Of a stretch of 54,470 bases of DNA, positions 47,802 through 54,470 are shown in pieces. The DNA comes from Bacteroidota bacterium. GTDB taxonomy: Bacteria > Bacteroidota > Bacteroidia > B-17B0 > Aurantibacillaceae. Both the position numbers and the translations under genes were made by a program. Location of the stretch: contig JAEZDS010000007.1 in the NCBI GenBank assembly GCA_023433205.1, positions 1 to 54,470 of the forward strand. The letters are read 5' to 3'. The notes under the pieces are model-generated. The model searched no databases and was not told where the DNA came from. It saw only the letters and a list, made by a program, of their open reading frames with translations. The stretch's first letter is position 1; each line of letters opens with the position of its first letter.

Positions 47802-48442
47802 ACAGCTCTTGAAATGAGTAAGTAAAAGACGATGGTCACAGCCAGTAAAATTGACCAGTTTACACGCGCAATTGTGCTGGAGCTTTGCGTTAAACTATCA
47901 TACAATAACACAAAAAAAGTGCTGCTGAAAAAAAGCATCACCGCAGTTATAACCAAAAAGGGTTCTGAATTCCACAGATTGGTTTCATCTAATGTTTCTT
48001 CTTTCACCATCAACAGATAATATACTCTTATAGCTAGTGCGACGAAAAAGCACCCGCTAAAGCCGTTGTAAAATAGTGAAGCCAGGCCGCTGCCAATAAA
48101 CAATAACAAGGTAAGTGTACCACATGTCACAAATATCCGTCCCAGAACTATAACAGTCCTGTCTGTGGTTTCATGAACGTTCAACCTCAGAATAATCTCG
48201 GTTATTAAAAAAAACTGCGCTATCGAGTAGCAGATATCTACTGCATCGTTCAGGAAAATAAAATGCCGCGAAAAAAAATATCCTGCCTCAGCAATAACAC
48301 AAGTAACCAAATATAGGAGAATGACCCTATGCAGCGGGTCGTTCCAGGCTGCCTTTGCACGTTGTAAAAGCAGGATCAATGGAATGAAAACAGTTGCTGC
48401 GGTACAATACGCGAATATTGGATATATGCGATCGAAAAACAC
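47774..48442 (-). CDS. Hypothetical ~7-TM membrane protein
   Basis: About 7 hydrophobic segments. The GTG start overlaps the upstream TAG (TAGTG), and the 3' end overlaps the kinase start by 28 nt. Confidence 0.8.
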   Translation of the reverse strand: MFFDRIYPIFAYCTAATVFIPLILLLQRAKAAWNDPLHRVILLYLVTCVIAEAGYFFSRHFIFLNDAVDICYSIAQFFLITEIILRLNVHETTDRTVIVLGRIFVTCGTLTLLLFIGSGLASLFYNGFSGCFFVALAIRVYYLLMVKEETLDETNLWNSEPFLVITAVMLFFSSTFFVLLYDSLTQSSSTIARVNWSILLAVTIVFYLLISRAVWLKNQTLS

Positions 48443-48762
48443 TATGAGTTCAGCGCATTCTGCACTCCCTGCATGGGTGGAGATTTCAGCGCTCTCTCTG
48501 CCAGAATCCCATGCTCCAGGTCATCCTCATTCGCCTTTACGCCGGCGATCACCAGCTGTCTTTTACCATCCTCATCCAGAGCGTGATATACTCTTATGCC
48601 CACACAATCTTGCTGAGCAAGGATGTCCTCAATAAATGACTTACTGAAGTAATGGCCAATTGTAGGATCGATAGCAGCATCTATAGTATCCCGGAAATTC
48701 CTGGTCCATTGTGAGGCAGTAGCCAGTGTTATTGTGTGATCTTCATTTCCTGTAAATGGCAT
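48442..48762 (-). CDS. Hypothetical 106-aa soluble acidic protein, first gene of the cassette
   Basis: MPFTGNEDHTITL..A.QWT.NFR...GIRVYHALDEDGKRQLVIAGV...D...KSPPM...NALNS. Start set at ATG 48762, which follows an A-rich leader; the longer ORF extension covers the repeated promoter boxes. Confidence 0.8.
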   Translation of the reverse strand: MPFTGNEDHTITLATASQWTRNFRDTIDAAIDPTIGHYFSKSFIEDILAQQDCVGIRVYHALDEDGKRQLVIAGVKANEDDLEHGILAERALKSPPMQGVQNALNS

Positions 48763-48889
48763 ATTAGTGTGGTTTAATTGGTTTCGATTCCAAAATAAAT
48801 AAAATATGTGAGCTGCGGGTAGTGTTATAATGTACTGCTTGTTGAGAGAAAACAGTAAACACTTTATCGTCAATAATTTGTCTCCTGCT

Positions 48890-49035
48890 TTCAGTACACT
48901 TAATCCAAGTTTTCCAGTACCCTTGAGGGATAAATCAAGTACCCCACAGATGACTTTTGTGAAGCCTGCGGATGCAGTGCAGGGAGCAAAGGATATTAAA
49001 ATCAGTACCTGATAATACCTGTTGAAGTACCCCAT
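48890..49035. promoter_or_regulatory. Array of five AGTAC(C) boxes phased at 22-23 bp upstream of the cassette
   Basis: AGTAC starts at 48893, 48916, 48938, 49004 and 49026 (spacings 23, 22, 66, 22). Confidence 0.6.
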
Positions 49036-49205
49036 AATTCTAAAACCTGCTTGCTGCCCCAGTGCGGTTGCCGATAAAATCTGTTAAAAGGCCAGACTCG
49101 GTGTAAACCCGCAATACCCAAACCTTTCGGTACCACGCCCGGCCCATACTTTGGGCGGCTGTCCCCGCCTTACTGCACGTGCCCCATGGCATTCGGCAAG
49201 TCCGG

Positions 49206-49238
49206 CCATAAAGGCAGGCTGCTTAGCCTGCTTTATGG
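49206..49238. other. Strong hairpin between the divergent cassette and ileS
   Basis: CCATAAA-G-GCAGGCT gctt AGCCTGC-TTTATGG: 14-bp stem with one bulge. Confidence 0.6.
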
Positions 49239-49369
49239 TCATCTGGTTCACCCTTTCAAATCCACAGGAATTTAGTAAATTCGCTCTCCTTTTTTAAAAG
49301 GGATGGGCGCTAATTTAGTCCGCGAACCACGTACGGCCTGGCTCCAATAAGATTTTGTACCGCAATTGT

Positions 49370-52300
49370 ATGAAGAAATATCCTGAATATAAGAAGCTTG
49401 ATCTTCCAGCTATCTCAAAAGAGATACAGCAAAAGTGGCAGCAGGAAGATACATTCAGGCAATCGGTTGAGAGCCGTGAAGAAAGCAAACCCTGGGTGTT
49501 CTATGAGGGACCGCCCAGCGCAAACGGCATGCCCGGTATTCACCATGTAATGTCGCGGGCCATCAAAGATATTTTCTGCCGTTTTAAAACCATGCAGGGT
49601 TTTCAGGTTAAACGTAAGGCCGGCTGGGATACGCACGGTTTGCCAATTGAACTGAGCGTGGAAAAAACACTGGGAATTACCAAGGAAGACATAGGCAACA
49701 AAGAAAGCCCCAGTTTCATCTCCGTTGAAGACTACAACAAAGCGTGCCGCCGTGAGGTGATGAAATACACCGACAAGTGGGAGGAGCTCACTCAACAGAT
49801 GGGTTACTGGGTGGACATGAGTCAGCCCTACGTTACCTATGATAACAAATACATTGAAAGCGTTTGGTGGCTCCTGGCCAATATGGCAAAAAAAGACCTG
49901 CTTTACAAAGGTTATACTATTCAGCCATATTCTCCTGCTGCGGGGACAGGCCTTTCAACACACGAATTAAACCAGCCCGGCTGTTACCGCAATGTAAAAG
50001 ACCGCACAGCCGTGGTGTTGTTTAAAGCCACCAACTTCAAAAAAGTTTCCGGCTTTAAGGGTGAGGTGTTTTTTATGGCATGGACCACCACGCCCTGGAC
50101 ACTGCCATCCAACACGGCACTAGCTGTAGGTGCAAAAATCACCTATGTACTGATTGAAACCTACAATCCGTTTAGCGGATACAGGCAGGGCGTTATTCTG
50201 GCCAAAGATCTGTCTGCTGTATATTTTCCGCCGAAAAACAAAGACCTGATTTTTGACGATTATAAACCAGGCGATAAAAACATTCCATTCCGGGAGATCA
50301 CTGAATTTCAGGGAGAAGATCTTAAAGATCTTGAATACGAACAACTGCTGAAATTTGTTCAGCCACAAGGAAAAGCCTTCAGGGTGGTTACCGGCGACTT
50401 TGTAACTACCAGCGATGGTACGGGCATAGTTCATATTGCGCCAAGTTTTGGGGCAGATGACTTTAAGGTGGCCAGGGACAATGATATTGATTCCCTTACC
50501 CTTGTTGATAAACGAGGTCGGTTTTTGCCTGAGATAAAAGATGACATCTTTTTGTATGGCGGCGAATACGTAAAAGAAGCCTTTCATACCGAGGAGGAAA
50601 AGCAGACTGAGTTTTTGAAACAGAAACTTATACTTGAAGAGAAAGGAAAAATAAAGGAGCTGAAGAACTACCTCAGTGTGGATGAGCGTATTGTTCTGAA
50701 ATTGCAGGAAGAAGGAAAGCTGTTCAAAAAAGAAACCTACGAACACAGTTATCCTCATTGCTGGCGTACCGATAAACCTGTTCTGTATTATCCGCTCGAC
50801 AGTTGGTTCATAAGATCAACCAGCATGAAGGAGCGTTTGATCAGTTTAAACAATACCATCAACTGGAAACCCGCTTCTACAGGAAGCGGTCGTTTCGGTA
50901 ACTGGCTTGAAAATCTGAACGACTGGAATTTATCGCGTTCACGTTTCTGGGGAATTCCAATCCCGATCTGGAGAAGTGATGATGGCAAAGTGCAGATAGT
51001 GATTGAAAGCGCCGAACAGCTGAAAAAGGAAATTGATAACGCAGTTGCAAAGGGAGTGATGGATGAAAATCCACTTGCCGCTTTTGAACCAGGTAATTTT
51101 TCGGATGGGAATTACACAACTTTTGATCTTCACAAACCTTACGCCGACGCAATTGTTCTTGAAAGAGACGGGCAGCGGTTGTTCAGGGAAAATGACCTCA
51201 TTGATGTTTGGTTCGACAGCGGTTCAATGCCTTATGCCCAGCTGCATTATCCCTTTGAGAACAAAGAGTTGATTGATTCAGGAAAGAGCTTTCCTGCCGA
51301 TTTTATTGCTGAGGGTGTTGACCAGACACGGGGCTGGTTTTTCACTCTTCATGCCATTGCCGCCATGAATTTCGATTCTGTGGCTTATAAAAATGTAGTA
51401 TCTAACGGTCTGGTGCTTGATAGGTTTGGGAATAAAATGAGCAAGCGCCATGGAAATACTGTTGATCCCTTTGAAACCATCAATGAATTCGGCGCGGATG
51501 CCACCCGCTGGTACATGATCTCGAATGCTGCCCCCTGGGATAACCTGAAGTTCGACAAAGAAGGTATCAGGGAGGTGCAGCGAAAACTTTTTGGCACGCT
51601 TTACAATACCTACGGCTTTTACGCCCTTTACGCCAACGTTGACAAGTTTATCATCAGCGAAAACGACATCATCCCTGTAAAAGACCGGGTAGAACTTGAT
51701 CGCTGGATCATCAGCAGGCTGCATACCCTTGTAGGTGAGGTTACCGCTTTTTATGAAAATTTTGAACCTCACCGTGCGGCAAGGGCCATTGAGGACTTTG
51801 TTGACGAGCACCTGAGCAACTGGTATGTACGTTTGTCGCGCCGCCGTTTCTGGAAGGGCGAGATGAGCAGGGATAAAAAAGCCGCGTACGAAACTTTACA
51901 CGAATGTTTGCTGGTAACTGCGCAGCTTATGAGTCCGGTTGCCCCATTTTTTGCCGACTGGTTATACTGTAACCTCACCGGTGTTCTCCGCCATGAGGCT
52001 GTAAAAAACAACACGGCTTTACAATACCCTTCTGTGCATCTCAGCTACCTTACAAAAGCTGAACCCTCAAAACAGGATGCTGATCTTGAGGAAAGAATGT
52101 TGCTGGCGCAGCAGATATCATCAATGGTACTGTCTATCCGCAAAAAGGAGAACATCAGAGTGCGTCAGCCTTTGCAGCGCATCCGCATCCCGGTGCTTGA
52201 CGAAGCCAGCGCTGAAAAGATAAGGCAGGTGCAGGAGCTGATCCTGAGCGAAGTAAATGTGAAGGAGATTGAACTCGTTGACGAGCATACTGCACAGATA

Positions 52301-52834
52301 GTAAAGAACCTGAAGCTTAACTTCAAGACCCTGGGTAAAAAATGCGGGCAGCACATGAAGGCGGTGCAGGCCTATGCAAAAGACAATGGGGCTGCCATTA
52401 TCGCTGCAGTTGAAAAGGAGGGGCGGGCCAGGCTTTATATCAACGAAGCGGAGATAGTTTTGGAGGAGGAGGACGTTGAAATTGTACCTGTTGACATACC
52501 GGGATGGAAGGTGGTGAACAATGGAGGGTTAACCGTTGCGCTTGATGTTACGATCTCTGAGGAGCTCCGTAATGAGGGATTGGCGCGTGAAGTAGTTAAC
52601 CGCATCCAGAACCTGAGAAAGGACAAAGGACTGGAAGTAACGGATCGCATTTTGGTTAAAATTCAGCAAAATTCAGACCTTGATAACGCTATTAAAAACA
52701 ATTTAGGGTATATTTGTTCTGAAACTTTAACCAGCGACTTACAATTGGTGCAATCCGTGTCAGCAGCTAATGCCAGCACAATTGAAGTTGATGAGCTGAT
52801 CACCACTTTAATATCGATTGAAAAATTAAACTAA
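49370..52834 (+). CDS. ileS: Isoleucine--tRNA ligase, type 2 (GIHH variant)
   Basis: EGPPSANG.PGIHH, GWDTHGLP, WTTTPWTLPSN, GTGIVH.AP, HSYPHCWR, SRSRFWG, EGVDQTRGWF and KMSKR. Type-2 C-terminus without a Zn finger. Confidence 0.97.
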   Translation: MKKYPEYKKLDLPAISKEIQQKWQQEDTFRQSVESREESKPWVFYEGPPSANGMPGIHHVMSRAIKDIFCRFKTMQGFQVKRKAGWDTHGLPIELSVEKTLGITKEDIGNKESPSFISVEDYNKACRREVMKYTDKWEELTQQMGYWVDMSQPYVTYDNKYIESVWWLLANMAKKDLLYKGYTIQPYSPAAGTGLSTHELNQPGCYRNVKDRTAVVLFKATNFKKVSGFKGEVFFMAWTTTPWTLPSNTALAVGAKITYVLIETYNPFSGYRQGVILAKDLSAVYFPPKNKDLIFDDYKPGDKNIPFREITEFQGEDLKDLEYEQLLKFVQPQGKAFRVVTGDFVTTSDGTGIVHIAPSFGADDFKVARDNDIDSLTLVDKRGRFLPEIKDDIFLYGGEYVKEAFHTEEEKQTEFLKQKLILEEKGKIKELKNYLSVDERIVLKLQEEGKLFKKETYEHSYPHCWRTDKPVLYYPLDSWFIRSTSMKERLISLNNTINWKPASTGSGRFGNWLENLNDWNLSRSRFWGIPIPIWRSDDGKVQIVIESAEQLKKEIDNAVAKGVMDENPLAAFEPGNFSDGNYTTFDLHKPYADAIVLERDGQRLFRENDLIDVWFDSGSMPYAQLHYPFENKELIDSGKSFPADFIAEGVDQTRGWFFTLHAIAAMNFDSVAYKNVVSNGLVLDRFGNKMSKRHGNTVDPFETINEFGADATRWYMISNAAPWDNLKFDKEGIREVQRKLFGTLYNTYGFYALYANVDKFIISENDIIPVKDRVELDRWIISRLHTLVGEVTAFYENFEPHRAARAIEDFVDEHLSNWYVRLSRRRFWKGEMSRDKKAAYETLHECLLVTAQLMSPVAPFFADWLYCNLTGVLRHEAVKNNTALQYPSVHLSYLTKAEPSKQDADLEERMLLAQQISSMVLSIRKKENIRVRQPLQRIRIPVLDEASAEKIRQVQELILSEVNVKEIELVDEHTAQIVKNLKLNFKTLGKKCGQHMKAVQAYAKDNGAAIIAAVEKEGRARLYINEAEIVLEEEDVEIVPVDIPGWKVVNNGGLTVALDVTISEELRNEGLAREVVNRIQNLRKDKGLEVTDRILVKIQQNSDLDNAIKNNLGYICSETLTSDLQLVQSVSAANASTIEVDELITTLISIEKLN

Positions 52835-52839
52835 GTAAG

Positions 52840-53907
52840 ATGGCTAAAAAGAAAGATAAAAAAGCGGCCGTGAAAAAAGCCAAGCCAGTGAAAAAAACAA
52901 ACAAGCCTGCGGCTAAAACTGCAGGAAAAAGCAGTGCGAAGTCCTCGCCAAAATCACAGCAGAAAAATAAACCTGCTGCCAGGCCTGCTAAATCAGCTAA
53001 GCCGGCAAAGGCAGCGGCAAAAAAGAACGATAAAAAAATGAGCAAACCGGTTCCTAAACCAGTGACTAAGAAAAAAGAGGAGCCAAAGAAAGCCTCCAGT
53101 AAAAAAGCAGCGCCTGCTGCAAAAAAAACAGCCGGTAAACCTATTGATGCTATTGCGAAAACTAAAAAAGGCAAAGCAGACAGCAAGAGCAAGTCAGGCA
53201 AACGCGCCAAAGGCGGCGATGATGATGACGACGGTGACGAAGACGTTAAAGACGATTACGAGAAGCCCGAAGAAGAAGAGAGTGGCGATTCTACTCTTGA
53301 CGATGATGCGGGCATGGTTGATCTTGATGGTCCTCCGGCGTCAGACATTGACGACGACGACGATGAAGTGCCTGAAAAACGCGGCCGCGGAAGAAGAAAA
53401 AAGAATGAGGGAAAAAGTTCCGGTGGCACCATGGAAGCCTATATCCGTAACCGCCCACTGCAGATCGATATCAGCAAGCCACTTATCAAAAAGGGAGCTG
53501 CGCCTGCGCCTAAGCCTTTTGTGAATACAGAAGACAAAAGAACCAGGTATTCAGATAAAGAACTCGCAGAATTTAAGGAACTGATCCTTGAAAAACTTCG
53601 TGAGGCCCAGGCCGATTACGACCTGCTGAAACAAACGCTCAGCAATGAAGACAACCACGGCACCGACGATACCTCTCCTTCATTTAAACTGCTTGAAGAT
53701 GGCAGTGATGTAATGAGCAAGGAAGAGACCGCTCAGCTGGCCTCCCGTCAGGAGAAGTATATCGTGAATCTTAAAAATGCCCTGGTGCGGATCGAAAATA
53801 AGGCCTATGGCATTTGCCGTGTTACCGGCAAACTTATCCCTAAGGAAAGGCTCCGTTCAGTGCCTCATGCCACACTTGGTATCGATGCCAAACTGGGACA
53901 GGGTTAA
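52840..53907 (+). CDS. TraR/DksA-family transcription factor with a long charged N-terminal extension
   Basis: C-terminal ~125 aa: RYSDKEL.EFK..I..KL...RQEK....LKNAL.RIENK.YGICRVTGKLIPKERL..VPHATL. Located between ileS and lspA. Confidence 0.88.
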   Translation: MAKKKDKKAAVKKAKPVKKTNKPAAKTAGKSSAKSSPKSQQKNKPAARPAKSAKPAKAAAKKNDKKMSKPVPKPVTKKKEEPKKASSKKAAPAAKKTAGKPIDAIAKTKKGKADSKSKSGKRAKGGDDDDDGDEDVKDDYEKPEEEESGDSTLDDDAGMVDLDGPPASDIDDDDDEVPEKRGRGRRKKNEGKSSGGTMEAYIRNRPLQIDISKPLIKKGAAPAPKPFVNTEDKRTRYSDKELAEFKELILEKLREAQADYDLLKQTLSNEDNHGTDDTSPSFKLLEDGSDVMSKEETAQLASRQEKYIVNLKNALVRIENKAYGICRVTGKLIPKERLRSVPHATLGIDAKLGQG

Positions 53908-53924
53908 ACTTTGTTTACACTAAT

Positions 53925-53960
53925 TAAAAATTGCCTTCCGGAGCTGGGAGGCAATTTTTA
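53925..53960 (+). terminator. Intrinsic terminator after the dksA-like gene
   Basis: TAAAAATTGCCTTCC / GGGAGGCAATTTTTA inverted repeat. Confidence 0.8.
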
Positions 53961-53986
53961 TATAAAGCCTGCCTGTCTTATTTCCC

Positions 53987-53994
53987 TATCTTTG
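53987..53994 (+). promoter_or_regulatory. -7 box for lspA
   Basis: TATCTTTG matches TAnnTTTG, 13 nt before the ATG and downstream of the terminator. Confidence 0.65.
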
Positions 53995-54007
53995 CAGACA
54001 ATAAAAA

Positions 54008-54470
54008 ATGTTCCAACGTTACAGAATACCGCTGATCACGATCTTTCTGGTGCTGCTGATTGACCAGTTTATTAAGATCTATATTAAACTCAATTATCCG
54101 CTGGGTGAAGTGGCGCGAATTGCCGACTGGTGTATACTGCATTTTACAGAGAACCCGGGCATGGCTTTCGGATTTGAATTTGGAGGACAGGCCGGTAAAT
54201 ACGCGCTCAGTATTTTTCGTGTGCTTGCCTGCATTGGCGGTGTATTTTATATCAGGCACATTATCAGGCATCGCGAGCATCCGGGTTTTATATTTTCTGT
54301 GTCGTTGATACTGGCAGGTGCCCTGGGCAATATTTTTGACAGCGCTTTTTATGGTCTTCTCTTCGACAGAGGTACCAGCCTGCATCCTGAATACAACGAA
54401 TATATCCCTTATGATGGAATAGCGCAGATTGGAAACGGCGGTTATGCCTCTATGATGCAGGGCTGTGTGG
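54008..54470 (+). CDS. lspA: Lipoprotein signal peptidase II (runs off the window; absent from the ORF track)
   Basis: Manual translation gives MFQRYRIPLITIFLVLLIDQFIKIYIK...HFTENPGMAFG...LILAGALGNIFDS. Confidence 0.93.
   Translation, partial: MFQRYRIPLITIFLVLLIDQFIKIYIKLNYPLGEVARIADWCILHFTENPGMAFGFEFGGQAGKYALSIFRVLACIGGVFYIRHIIRHREHPGFIFSVSLILAGALGNIFDSAFYGLLFDRGTSLHPEYNEYIPYDGIAQIGNGGYASMMQGCV

Noticed and set aside
47774..48442. Microbial rhodopsin, given about 7 TM helices
   Set aside because: No retinal-binding Lys in the last helix (no DxxxK motif) and no helix-C RYxDW-like motif.
48763..49035. N-terminal 91 codons of the 197-aa ORF 48442-49035
   Set aside because: The stretch covers the phased GTACC boxes and an AT-rich leader; ATG 48762 is the more plausible start.
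40108..49100. Prophage or integrative element
   Set aside because: No integrase, transposase, phage structural gene, tRNA target or att-like direct repeat was seen.
49036..49369. T-box riboswitch upstream of ileS
   Set aside because: No T-box consensus (AGGGTGGNACCGCG) or specifier stem recognised; only one hairpin is present.

Overview
Chromosomal segment of a Bacteroidota bacterium. The assignment rests on type IX secretion (T9SS) C-terminal domains, TAnnTTTG -7 promoter boxes, DUF2851/DUF4294/DUF4197 proteins and the ileS-dksA-lspA order. Most of the window is housekeeping and envelope genes: accC, lpxK, an Upf1-like helicase, mfd, an iron/B12-type ABC transporter, pth, holB, cinA, ileS, a dksA-like gene and a partial lspA. 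Four parts stand out. (1) An accessory block at about 40.1-49.1 kb holds a tightly coupled four-gene cassette: a 106-aa soluble protein, a 7-TM membrane protein, a sensor-less histidine kinase and a NarL/LuxR regulator. An XRE regulator and two T9SS cargo genes follow it, and GTACC boxes phased at 22-23 bp occur in three intergenic regions of the block. (2) A transaldolase fused to KdsD-like CBS domains lies directly upstream of a KdsC-like phosphatase and a leaderless GH10 enzyme. (3) An ECF sigma factor is followed by a putative envelope-spanning anti-sigma/beta-barrel protein and two PKD proteins. (4) Two mosaics of nested REP/MITE-like repeats (1-0.7 kb and 33.4-34.1 kb) share a near-identical 115-bp inverted copy. 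No rRNA, tRNA, CRISPR array, transposase or integrase was recognised. All family assignments come from reading motifs by eye; no searches were run.
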